Origin: Mytilus californianus
Taxonomy: Eukaryota
Direction of reading: 5' to 3'
Length of the DNA: 64,000 nucleotides
NCBI RefSeq assembly: GCF_021869535.1
Contig: NW_026262679.1
Coordinates: 96,100,001-96,164,000, forward strand
The notes under the pieces were generated by a model. The model saw only the letters and a program-made list of their open reading frames with translations. It was not told the DNA's origin and made no database searches. This document shows positions 26,793 to 37,951 of the stretch, one piece after another (the first letter of the stretch is position 1; every line of letters begins with the position of its first letter). The translations under genes were made by a program, and so were the position numbers.

Positions 26793-27113
26793 CAACACTA
26801 ACAGTCAAGTCACAGTAGCATGTAAATGATGTTTACTTAGGTGGAGAGCAACACTAACAGTCAAGTCACAGTAGCATGTAAACGATGTTTACTTAGGTGG
26901 AGAGCAACACTAACAGTCAAGTCACAGTAGCATGTAAATGATGTTTACTTAGGTGGAGAGCAACACTAACAGTCAAGTCACAGTAGAAGTAAATGATGTT
27001 TACTTAGGTGGAAAGCAACACTAACAGTCAAGTCACAGTAGCATGTAAATGATGTTTACTTAGGTGGAGAGCAACACTAACAGTCAAGTCACAGTAGCAT
27101 GTAAATGATGTTT
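26793..27113. repeat. 56-bp tandem minisatellite, ~5.7 copies
   Basis: Unit GGTGGAGAGCAACACTAACAGTCAAGTCACAGTAGCATGTAAATGATGTTTACTTA starting at 26840, 26896, 26952, 27007 and 27063. Confidence 0.95.
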
Positions 27114-28841
27114 GATTGATTAGTTTTTGTTTGCGTTCGGTGGCAACTATGTCATACTTGAAGGGAATACATTAACAATAAATACAATATGTAGATTATT
27201 CAAATTAGGTCGACAGGGGTAAAGTGCGAGAATGTTAATGCTGGTAAAATAATATAGACTAGTATTTAATATTTAAAAAAGGTGAATTCCGGGTGAAATG
27301 CATGATATTCACTATAAATGAAATATAATGTGTAGGTATCTAAAATAGTTGTCAAAGAGGTACACTGATCAAGTTAACACGACAGTGATTGAGTATTTAC
27401 ACAACTAGTGGAAAACAATGAATATGTCTAAGTTCAAAGTAGAGTTTTCTCTTTGTTTTACATCCGCTTCCGTGTATGAAAATACAACTTCTAAGGGGAC
27501 ATTTGAACTTTCGTCTTATGTATTTCTTAATCAGTATTTGCTCCAAAATGAAATCATTATACACTGACGTCTTTACCAGATACACAATTTTGAACTGGAA
27601 TAGTTTAAATATTAAAAAATGACTCAAAACTGAATGATGTAAATGATTCTTTTATATTGAAATGTTTTATATTTCTGAGTGTGTATTTCTTTCCTTAGCT
27701 GGGTGGTGGATTTGACTTGACTCAAAACAAATGAATAATAGACACGGCCTTATGTTTCTGTACTGAGGTAAAAAAATCATTTATGGGCGTTGCTGCCTTT
27801 TCTTGCAATATGAATCCAATTTCTATAAACACGCCCATATTAAGAGATTCTCTCACGTTGTCATGAGTCAAGTCCGTTATTAACTTGTAATTCTGCAAAT
27901 TACCAAACATCATGTATGCAAGTACATACAAATGCAGTTGTTTCGAAACTCTTCTAGCCTCTAGATATTATATACGCCTATGTTAAGAAATCGCTTTTCT
28001 ACATGACCATGCATTTATTACTTTGTACTTTGTGTTTATTTTATTATTGAATAGGATCGGAAAACAAGTGCATTATCACTTTTACAAATTCATCGCCAGT
28101 ATTACTTGTCGCTAAGAAATTGAGTTATTTTTATATTCATTTCTTCTATCAATAACACAAGTAAACAAAAAGGGAATGTCGAATGTGCAAATGAAGTTAA
28201 TTCAATTAAGTGGCACTTAAAAGATTGTTGACCTCAACACATTATCACTTGAATATACTTTATGCAAAAAATCATTACATTGTATTCTTATCCGCTTATA
28301 AATATGTTACCATATAGGGGAATTAAGATTTTAACAAGAAAACATTAAACTTGATCGAAGCCGAGTTTTATTGGTGCATGTTTTTAAATCATACAATGTT
28401 ATATCCTCATTTGAGTTCTTTGTTTATGACAAATACTGATTATCATGATTATGAGAAAAACATCAGTATTATTGAAAGAAGAATATATTAAAGATGATAA
28501 GTAGATGTATATTTTTCTCCTACTCATATAACGATAGGAAACTCTGCAAAAGCTTGAAAACAGATATCCATTGGTCTTAACTTTTACTTACAGTAATTTT
28601 GTAACAATTACGTAGATTTATTCTAATAGTATGATAACACCTCATGGAAATTAGATAAAAAAAGGGAGATTTTGCAACAAGATTTTACGGTTTGAGTCAT
28701 GTATTAATTTCATTTCAGTAAGTTATAAATGTACAATGTTGTTTGAAGCAAATGTTTATTTTGTCCATTCTTCAATAAAAATTGTGTTTATTTTTCTTGC
28801 TTCTAATAAGCTCATCACAGATACCAGGATAAAAATTGTGT

Positions 28842-28885
28842 ACGGCAGACGCGCGTTTCGTCTACAAAAGACTCATAAGTGACGC
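28842..28885 (-). ncRNA. Degenerate hammerhead in a retrozyme-like fragment
   Basis: Core reads CTTATGA instead of CTGATGA; stem II GTC/GAC, GAAA and CGCGCGTC are retained. Confidence 0.6.
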
Positions 28886-29361
28886 TCGAATAAAAAAAGT
28901 TAAAATGGAAGAATAAATTAAGAAGTTGAAGGGCATTGAGGACCCAAAATATTGAAAGGTTTCGCCAAAGTCATTATACAAGATCACGCCTGCCTTTACT
29001 GTTTATGACGTAGCTGTAGAAATTTTATTTGAAGTATAGTTACTGATATTAGAATGTGTGACAGTGTTACTTTTTACTAGCGGTTATGTACTTTTAGCTT
29101 GCTTTTCAATAATAATTGCAAAAATTCTTTGAAACGGTATCGTCTATTGTCGGTCCCGCTTTGCTTGTGCTTGTGTTTTGGTATATACTATACTGTATTG
29201 TGTAGTATTTATTCATTACCGAGTTTCATTGTACGTCCCTTGATGTTATATGTTATTCAGGTTTCAGACAGGGTATATAATGTGACATTCCCAGCTTAGG
29301 GTTTATATTCCAATGACAGATATAAGAAGAGATAGGATTGAGATCTAAATAAAGCCAATTG

Positions 29362-29588
29362 TTAAACTCAGGAACACATTTAAAGACAGGAACACATTTA
29401 AACTTAGGAACACATTTAAAGACAGGAACACATTTAAACTTAGGAACACATTTAAAATCAGGAACACATTTAAACTCAGGAACACATTTAAACTCAGGAA
29501 CACATTTAAAGACAGGAACACATTTAAACTCAGGAACACATTTAAACTCAGGAACACATTTAAACTCAGGAACACATTTAAAATCAGG
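29362..29588. repeat. 18-bp tandem minisatellite, ~12.5 copies
   Basis: Unit AGGAACACATTTAAACTC with AAGAC, ACTT and AATC variants. Confidence 0.95.
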
Positions 29589-30329
29589 GACCTAGTCAGT
29601 GGTTGTCCTAATGTCATTTGGAGAATATGGAACTAATGGCGGATTTTAATTGTAAAATACCTGTCCGAGATCGTATTCTGACATCAATGGTCTTTTTGTG
29701 TCGTTGGGTCAATGTCTGATATGTAAAACATATAACCAATATATATATATATATATATATTTATTTGCCTATCACAAGTTAAGACATTTTTAACCCTGTC
29801 AAATTCTGTATGTGTCTGTCCCAAGTCAGGAGCTTGTAATTCAGTGGTAGTCGTTTGTTGCTTTATATCATATTTTTTTTTCGTGTTTATTGTTTTGTAC
29901 ATAAATCAGGCCGTATGTTTTTTCGTTTGAATTGTTTTACATTTGTCATTTCGGGGCATTTTATAGCTTGCTATGTGGTATGGCTTTTGCTCATAGTTGA
30001 AGGCCGTACGGTGACATATAGTTGCTTATTTCTACGTCATTTGCTGTATATTGGAGAGTTGTCTCATTCTGATCATATCACATCTTCTTATTTTTACAAA
30101 AATAATGAGATGTGGTATGATTTCAAATGAAACAGTTATCCATCAGAGTCCAAAAGACGTGCATATAAGCATCTGACCGTACGGTACTGAAAGCCAGTTC
30201 AAAGCCAATAACAACTAAACAAACTCTTAAATCTAAGACGAACTATCATTTTATATACTTTTTATGTATATCAAATAAACAACCCTTCTACGGAAACTGC
30301 CTCTGCCATGTCACGTTTATTTAATTTCA

Positions 30330-32130
30330 TTTTCCATATGTCCTTTTAAATTGTGTTGTCAGTAATTTTTCTCATTTTATTGAAGGCTTTCCAAATGATG
30401 TTTTCTCGTTGAAGTTAGTAGTGTGAACATAAATCAATAAAAGCAAAATATTTATCTTGAAAATAAAAAAAAAAAAGAAAACCCACAGTCAAACATAAGA
30501 TTACATTCAACCACTCCCAATACACACAAACACAGACACACACAAATAAATAAATATAGAATAGAGGAAAACGAAACTAAAAATTAACATATGTCAAAGC
30601 AAAACAAATACTTATAATTCTATGTGTTTGTATAACTTATAAATCTACGTGTTAATATTATTCAAAAATTAAATTTCAAAACTTTCAACATTCGTTTCAC
30701 AAACAGCATAGGTTGTTAACAGTTTTTTTTTATTGTTTTCCTTTGTAAATCATGGAAAATCGTATATTATTTTACTATTCCATGTTATCACAATATAAGA
30801 GAATCTTTCGAAATATACATTGATGAAACCAGAGACATAAAATACAATATTATATGTTTCTGATGAAACCGAGAATTATAGGAAAATCTCTAGTATTAAT
30901 GTTAACAAGGCAACAAAGTTCACTGTTAGTTCACATTGGTTATAAGATCATTAGTTCTCTTCACAATCTATTATTCCTTAAGTGTTTAACTATTTAAGGA
31001 AATTAAAAATAAACTGTACATATTTTAATTTTGTTTGCAACAATTGCTTAAATTCACAGGCGCAGCTTATAATGGATGTAGACACTTATGGTTCTGCGTC
31101 AGACATTTAATTTTTCATCTTAAACTTTCTAATCCAATCAACAAATTGTTTCTGAATGTTATATTTAAGTTTCCTTGTTTGATATTTCATATATTTGATT
31201 TGACCATCGACATATATTTTATAAATGGTTTGCCTACCAAATATATACAATTAAAATGAATTTTCCATATGTCCTTTTAGATTGTGTGTTCAGTAATGTT
31301 TCTCGTTGTATTTAAGACTTTCCAAATGATGTAACCTCGTTGAAGTTAGTAGTGTGACACATAAATTAATAAAAACAAAGTAATTATCTTGGAAATAAAA
31401 AACAAATAAAAAACTAAAAATCAACCCACAGTCAAACATAAGATTACAATCAACCACTCCCAATACACACAAACACAGACACACACAAATAAATAAAGAA
31501 AGAATAGAGGAAAACGAAACAAAAAATTAACATATGTCAAAGCAAAACAAATACTTATAATTCTATGTGTTTGTATAACTTATAAATCTACGTGTTAATA
31601 TTATTCAAAAATTAAATTTCAAAACTTTCAACATTCGTTTCACAAACAGCATAGGTTGTTTACAGGTTTTTTTAAATTGTTTTATTTTGTAAATCATGGA
31701 ACATCGTTTATTATTTTACTCTTCCATGTTATCACAATATAAGAGAACCTTTCGAAATATACATTGATGAAACCGAGATTATAGGAAAATCTCTAGTACT
31801 AATGTTAACAAATTATTTTTCAAGGGCAACAAAATTCACTTTTAGTTCAAATGGGTTATCAGATTATTAATATAATTCACAATCGATTATTCCTTAAGTG
31901 TTTAACTATTTAAGGAAATTAAAAATAAACTGTACATATTTGAATTTTGTTTGCAACAACTGCATAAATTCACAGGCGCAGCTTATAATGGATGTAGACA
32001 CTTATGGTTCTGCGTCAGACATTTAATTTTTCTTCTTATAATTTCTTATCCAATCAACAGATTGTTTCTGAATGTTATATTTAAGTTTCCTTGTTTAATA
32101 TTTCATATATTTGAATTGACCATCGACTTG
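30330..32130. repeat. Direct tandem duplication of ~0.92-0.93 kb immediately upstream of the cytokine-like gene
   Basis: TTTCCATATGTCCTTTTA at 30331 and 31262; TGACCATCGAC ends at ~31212 and ~32128; the units are colinear with small indels. Confidence 0.9.
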
Positions 32131-32282
32131 CAATATATTCTATTATTAAATATTATTTTCTTGTTTAAATGGTTTGCCTAATGAATTTCAATTATAAATG
32201 AATATATATTTAGATCGGAACCATTGATTGCGGTTGAGAAGACAAATTATAAGATTCAGAAGTGGGTTTGGTATGCATGTCC

Positions 32283-32397
32283 GGGAAATTCGTTGGGAAC
32301 ACAATGACCACCTCGATAAGCGATAGTAAACTCATTTTGGCTAAAAATAGAATAGAATTTCCCCTGTATACATTGTAGGCTAAATGTAGTATATATG
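32283..32397 (+). promoter_or_regulatory. Candidate proximal promoter: two kappaB-like sites and a TATA-like element
   Basis: GGGAAATTCG (32283-32292, +) and GGGAAATTCT (32354-32363, -) are each one base from GGGAAATTCC. TATATATG at 32390-32397 lies ~70 bp before the ATG. Motif match only. Confidence 0.4.
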
Positions 32398-32467
32398 CTA
32401 GTTAAAACATTATTTTTCTCATATTTCAAAACTTATATTAAATAGAAATAAGTTTTTTGAAGATACT

Positions 32468-32537
32468 ATGTACAACAAAATGATGTTTGACACAAAAACG
32501 TCTGCATATTTTATAACGCATTCTCTTTGCACACTAG
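32468..32537 (+). CDS. Cytokine-like gene exon 1 (signal peptide)
   Basis: MYNKMMFDTKTSAYFITHSLCTL plus 1 nt, donor GTATGT. The upstream or the second/third ATG could be the start. Confidence 0.75.
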
Positions 32538-35500
32538 GTATGTCTTTAGATTTTCTGCTAAATGCTTATTGTAAAAAAGGTTTAACATCGTTATTTAAAA
32601 AATATAGTGTCATTACCAAGATTTTTTGTTTTTGATAACAAAATCACTAGGTACATGAACTTTTAAAAAACATTTTGGAATTGTCAACGTTGTTAAAGGG
32701 CTTGTAGTTTAGTCTGCGGGTGAATTTAAATTTAACTTTTTGACTTAATGTTTTTCAGCGAAATATTTGAGTGAAGATTGCACACATGATTGGTTACTAA
32801 CATGATTTTTATTTCTATTTAACAGCAATTCTTACATCGCTGTTTTCGAGGGTAAAGACAACACCAACAGGTGCTGAGCGATGGCGACATCCTTGTGGAA
32901 TATCAAATACTGACACTAGCCATCTTTCTCCAGTACCCACACGACCACTTGTTGAGATTATTACTGGCATGCTAGTACAGATCAGAGAGGGCCAAGAATA
33001 TTCAAGCAACCTACAAGAGAAAATTGTAAATATTTTTCTTACTTTTTTGCATAAAACAGTACTAAATTTCATTTAAAAATGGCGAATAAATGTACATGTA
33101 AAGGTACTTTTTAAATAATAACTGTCATTATTATAAACATCCTTTTCGGACTGTTTTTTTTATATATTTAGTGGGTTGTTGTATAGTGCAGAGAATATTG
33201 TAGATGGGAAGTGATATAAAAACAAATATCTTGCATTTTTACTAGAAAATCATTCTTACCGTCGATATTTTAAATTATTCAAATCCATGTTTAAGAAAAT
33301 TCATAAGCTATCTTATTCATTTTATCAGTAAAGGAACGTTTAAAAATTCATTCATAATATTACTACACGGTCGGTGATTTTCTTTAAAGTTAGTAAACAA
33401 TATGAGAAAAATATGTCACTGCAATTCTCGGAATACGGAAGTAAGTTGTAAGAAACGTGATCTAATGACATATATTTGGATTTTAAATACAATGCATAAC
33501 CCTCTTATCGCACTACAACCACGGACTTCTTGTTACGTTATAAGAAATTTTAATGTCAAAATATTTGAAAAAGGGTAAATTGAAATAATTATCAAATATT
33601 ATCACAGAAAAAAGGGAGAAATGGATTGGGGTTTTGATATTTTAATTTTGTATATCTATATTAATATATTTCCTTATTTTTAAGTGTCATAATTATAAAT
33701 CGATCCTATCTTATTTAAATATACACAATAACTGAATAAGTATTTATACATGATAAAATAAACAATTATTAACTATTTAATTGACGGATGTAATCTTCGT
33801 GAATAAACAAAAGTGTTACAATCCTGCATTCGTTAAATTTCCATTGGTCAGTTGAATTACATCTTCCCGCTTGTGTTCAATATCATCCTCTTTGATTTTA
33901 GGCCATGGAGCGAATACAAAGTATGCGAAATGTGGCATTTCTGAATAGTCTTCATCATGATGGATTTCCAAGTGTCAAAACTTCGACGGAAGAGGATATA
34001 CAAAATTCCTTAATCAATGTAAGTTTACATTATTATTGAAAAGTATATTCAAAATAACAATGTTTAACTTTGAAAATGAATTAGGGAATATCCTTATCTT
34101 TAAAAGCGCCAAATTAAAACGTTTCGATTCAGTTTTGTTGTTGATTAATGTTTGCAGTTTTTAAATGAGTATATATAGCACGTTATTGTTGTCGAAGGGG
34201 AAGTTACATTAAGAGTCAAAGATCAAATTCCAAAAATTACAAAAGAAAACGGAAAATCCTGCACCAGTTATTTATGGTTTCAGATTAATTGAGGAGGCAC
34301 ACCTCTTTCTTAATAGGCAGCCCGTTTACCGGTAGTTATAAATGTTGAATATGCAAAAGTTTGAAAAATTCTCAATTTTCCCAGTATACCATGATGCTCT
34401 CCGTATTAAACATATAGTTTATTACAATAAAAACGAATTTTTCTATCGATTCGTTACCAAATAAGAAAAATAGTACAATTTCGAATATTGCCGCCAAAAC
34501 GTTACCACATAACAAGTGTATATTCAAGTTTTCCTGCGTACTAACTTTACGAGTCCCACTTTAAAAGACAAGATTTCTGTGTTCTCTGAGCTGTCGTCGA
34601 TACTTCTTTTTTAATCCTTCAGAACGAATTGAGAGACATGTAGAAAACAAGATTGTTGATGAATTGGTTTCATACAAATTACTAGCCACTATGGATTATA
34701 TTAGCTCTACTTTAGACCTCTGTAAAAAGTTGTTTTACCAAATAGTGGTTCCCACCTTAAACCAGTCATAAAATGGAGGTCAAAATGACCTTTTCGTTAC
34801 CTATTTTAAAATAACAGTTGGTTCCATATTGATGTATCGTTTTACGATGGTATTTGCATTAAATGAACAAACAATATTTACAACAAGGTATATTCATTCT
34901 ATGATATTTTTAAAGGAGGGTCTGGATAGGGTGTCCTTTATTTCTTTGTTCTTTAATTTTTTAGGCCATTTTTCTCTATTCTTTTTATGTGTTGCCCATT
35001 ATTCTCTATTCTTTATCTTTTAGTACCTCGTTATTCTCGATACCTTTAATTTTTTGGTCTATTTTTCTCTATTCTTTTTATTTTATGCCTATCATTATCT
35101 ATTCTGTAAACCCCAATCCACACCCTCTTATAGCTGCCATTGCTTACAGAATTACTCGGTTACAGGTATTGATAACTTGTTTGTATTTATAAAAACAATC
35201 TTACCATGATAGAATGATTATTTACGTATTTTTTTATTATTATTTCAGGTAACTAAAACTCATTTAGAAAACTACAGAACTTTAGCAATTACTTTAGTCT
35301 TCATTGAAAAAATGAGGTTTGACGAGGAGATATATGAAAACAAAAAATATTCCAATGACATTCTTACTATGGAGTCAAAGCTTTACGACGTTCTCTGCCA
35401 TATGGATGAAGCTTTAAGCACAAAAGGAGACAGTATTGAACACGTGACACGTGAAGTTATGCAAATGGAACTGCGCACACTTTCGTCAAGAATGGACCGT

Positions 35501-35599
35501 TTCATGCGAGATTACATAACAGTGAAAGATACTTCTAAAATCTTGGACCATTTAATTTTCCAATACTCAGCTTTAAATAATAAATACCAAGAAAGCTAA
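32468..35599 (+). CDS. Secreted Unpaired-like / class-I helical cytokine, 4 exons, 245 aa
   Basis: join(32468..32537,32826..33025,33902..34018,35249..35599) = 738 nt with no internal stop. All introns are GT-AG with compatible phases 1,0,0. Hydrophobic N-terminus (AYFITHSLCTLAILTSLFSRVKT-TP), WRHPCG, LYDVLCHM, VTREVMQMELRTL..RFMRDYI. The family call is from recalled motif similarity. Confidence 0.8.
32826..33025 (+). CDS. Cytokine-like gene exon 2
   Basis: Acceptor TTTCTATTTAACAG; (A)ILTSLFSRVKTTPTGAERWRHPCGISNTDTSHLSPVPTRPLVEIITGMLVQIREGQEYSSNLQEKI; donor GTAAAT. Confidence 0.85.
33902..34018 (+). CDS. Cytokine-like gene exon 3
   Basis: Acceptor CTCTTTGATTTTAG; AMERIQSMRNVAFLNSLHHDGFPSVKTSTEEDIQNSLIN; donor GTAAGT. 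Confidence 0.85.
35249..35599 (+). CDS. Cytokine-like gene exon 4 (terminal)
   Basis: Acceptor TTATTATTATTTCAG; VTKTHLENYRTLAITLVFIEKMRFDEE..LYDVLCHMDEAL..RDYITVKDTSKILDHLIFQYSALNNKYQES*. Confidence 0.9.
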   Translation, partial: VTKTHLENYRTLAITLVFIEKMRFDEEIYENKKYSNDILTMESKLYDVLCHMDEALSTKGDSIEHVTREVMQMELRTLSSRMDRFMRDYITVKDTSKILDHLIFQYSALNNKYQES

Positions 35600-35976
35600 G
35601 GTTAATCAAAAGCTTATTCAATCTTGAGGTAAATCAAGAGAAAATCGAGTAGATTATATTAATCAACAGTAAGTGAGGTCCACTCTATTGTGTTGTGATC
35701 TTTACATATGTGCCTTGGAACTATTGTTCGCCTTTTAATTACTTATATATAACATTTTAGATAGAACTTCTCGTTTACACGAAAATGACAATCCGATGTT
35801 TTCATTGTAAGAATGAGATATATACTTGGGATGAATGAAAGTGAATGAAAGTAAACATAAGTATACATACTCTACAATTTAACATTTTACATGAAAGTTT
35901 GTTCTGTGACAATTTTATATGTTGATATATTAAAGTGACTGTGATACATGTTAAATTCTGGTCATTAGATTTTAAA

Positions 35977-36039
35977 ATTTATTTACATAAATGTTTAATG
36001 TTGTATTGTTTTATCATTTTTTGTTTGTTATTCAATAAA
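35977..36039 (+). terminator. Candidate 3-prime UTR AU-rich element and poly(A) signal
   Basis: ATTTATTTA at 35977-35985 and AATAAA at 36034-36039. Both motifs are common in AT-rich DNA, so this is weak evidence. Confidence 0.3.
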
Positions 36040-36840
36040 CTTATATATTATACCTACACTGGGCCAGTTTCTCATGACCAAATACAGTGCATGAATATTA
36101 CACATGCATGTATGGATATATGAATACATTCTTAGTTAATTTATACTTTCACCAACTAGTTGCGTTTATTTATAAATCGGCTTGGTTGTTCTCACTTCTT
36201 CTTTCTCAAATTTAATAACATCATCTTATATTCCTCGCCGCCCTTTTGAGACTGAACAAAAAAGCTACCTCGCCTGATAACGTAAGATATTTTGTAACAA
36301 AAGAGATACCAAAAAGACATTATAACAAAGATCTTTCAATATTTGAGCACAGTAGTTTCCGTTGAAATTGAGTAGAACAAAGGGATTAATGTTTAGTTGA
36401 AACAAAAAATCCTGTTCCTGTATTTTATTGAGAAAAACAAAATATGTTGGCTTAGAAACTTGATTTAAGTCGAAAAAATGATGTGTCCCGAGAAAAGACT
36501 GTAATAAGACATTTTGAAAATATTCTGTATTATTCAAACCAAAACTTCAGAAAATATTATTCATAAGGACATAAGACTATTCTCATGTAGTATCTTCCTT
36601 TGTACGGTAAATGTTAAGTTCAAAACTGCTAACGCCCTTAAAACGTGGGATGCATTATTAATGATTTTATGTTGTCTGTCCGCCTGTCAGTCCACATCTT
36701 CGAACGCGTTGCGCGAAAACATGTTATTTTTAACCAGTCCTTAAGAAATACAAAGATAATATGAGGTTAATTCTAAGATTATAATTTTGACATAAGCTGG
36801 TGACAGAGTTACTGAACGTAGTATAAACATTGAATAGTTA

Positions 36841-36934
36841 TCAAGTTTGATAGTAAGTCAAGTTTGATAGTAAGTCAAGTTTGATAGTAAGTCAAGTTTG
36901 ATAATAAGTCAAGTTTGATAGTAAGTCAAGTTTG
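36841..36934. repeat. 17-bp tandem repeat, ~5.5 copies
   Basis: Unit TCAAGTTTGATAGTAAG. Confidence 0.95.
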
Positions 36935-37311
36935 CGATGTTCCAACTTAACGAAATATCTACACAAAATTAATCCCATAAAGACAATTCAAACGTTCACG
37001 AATTTGTTATTTTGTAGCAACAGAGTTATGTGACTTATTTTAAATTAAGCCCAAAAAAAAACCCATTATCACAAAAATAACAAAACAAAAAGACCATAAA
37101 CAGTCCATAAAACTCTACACAAAACTAATAAGAATGAATTTTTCCACAACCAATAATTCATACCAGCTTTTAATATTAAGTACTACTTTATTATGTTAGG
37201 TTATTTACTTAAATTAAATTGTTCAAATACAATTATGTTTATACGAAATTCAAAAAGTTATTTTAACTTCCTGTTTTGATTTTATCAGAATGTTTGAAAA
37301 GACTATTCTAT

Positions 37312-37403
37312 TCATACAAGTGAGAGGTTTAGCTAGCTATAAAACCAGGTTAATTCCACCATTTTCTACATAAAAAAATGCCTGTACCAAGTCAGGAATA
37401 TGA
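37312..37403 (+). ncRNA. Twister-like motif, family B
   Basis: TCATA..GTGA-GAGGT-ttagctagctataaaaccaggt-TAA-TTCC-AC-C[ATTTT..AAAAT]G-CCTG-TACCAAGT-CAGG-AA-TATGA. Confidence 0.55.
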
Positions 37404-37951
37404 CAGTTGTTATCCATTCGTTTGATGTGTTTGAGCTTTTGATTTTGCCATTTGATTACGGAATTTCCGTTTTGAATTTTCCTCAGAGTTCGGTATTTTT
37501 GTTATTTTACTTTTTTTTTACCAACAGCGGCTTCAGTATTATTCAATTTTTAATCGGTTTTAATCCTACTAGTAAATCCTTCAGGCTTATAAATGTGCTT
37601 CAGGCAGTTGTAACTCATTCATTGAAATTCCTTGTTTTTAATTGTAAGTAGACCTAAACAGTAGGACATCACTTACGAAGAATATGATTTACATTTATTC
37701 TTCACAATTAAGAAACACCAAATCCTACAATTTCATTTGTCGAGAGCACTTTGCTAGAGTCTAACATCAAATTGTGGTCACATCAACTTGAAACTTAGAA
37801 CACATGTTTATTTAAATTGATATGCAAAATTGCGGTTAACCCTGATAAACCCTGATTAGACGGTTCACTGAACACGAAAATGTGATAGCGGGTAATGGTG
37901 TTATATTTTTGATACCTTGTACCAATACGATTAAAATATTTTAAATATATA

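Noticed and set aside
26793-27113. Regularly spaced repeats superficially like a CRISPR array
   Set aside because: The units are contiguous near-identical 56-mers with no unique spacers, in eukaryotic context with no cas genes.
29345-29617. ORFs with LNVFLS / GTHLNS repeats
   Set aside because: Translations of the 18-bp minisatellite; no splice or homology support.
32815-33072. 85-aa minus-strand ORF
   Set aside because: Antisense shadow of exon 2 of the plus-strand cytokine-like gene.
33425-33433. STAT-type TTCTCGGAA in cytokine intron 2
   Set aside because: TTCNNNGAA is expected many times by chance in 64 kb of AT-rich DNA; no conservation data.
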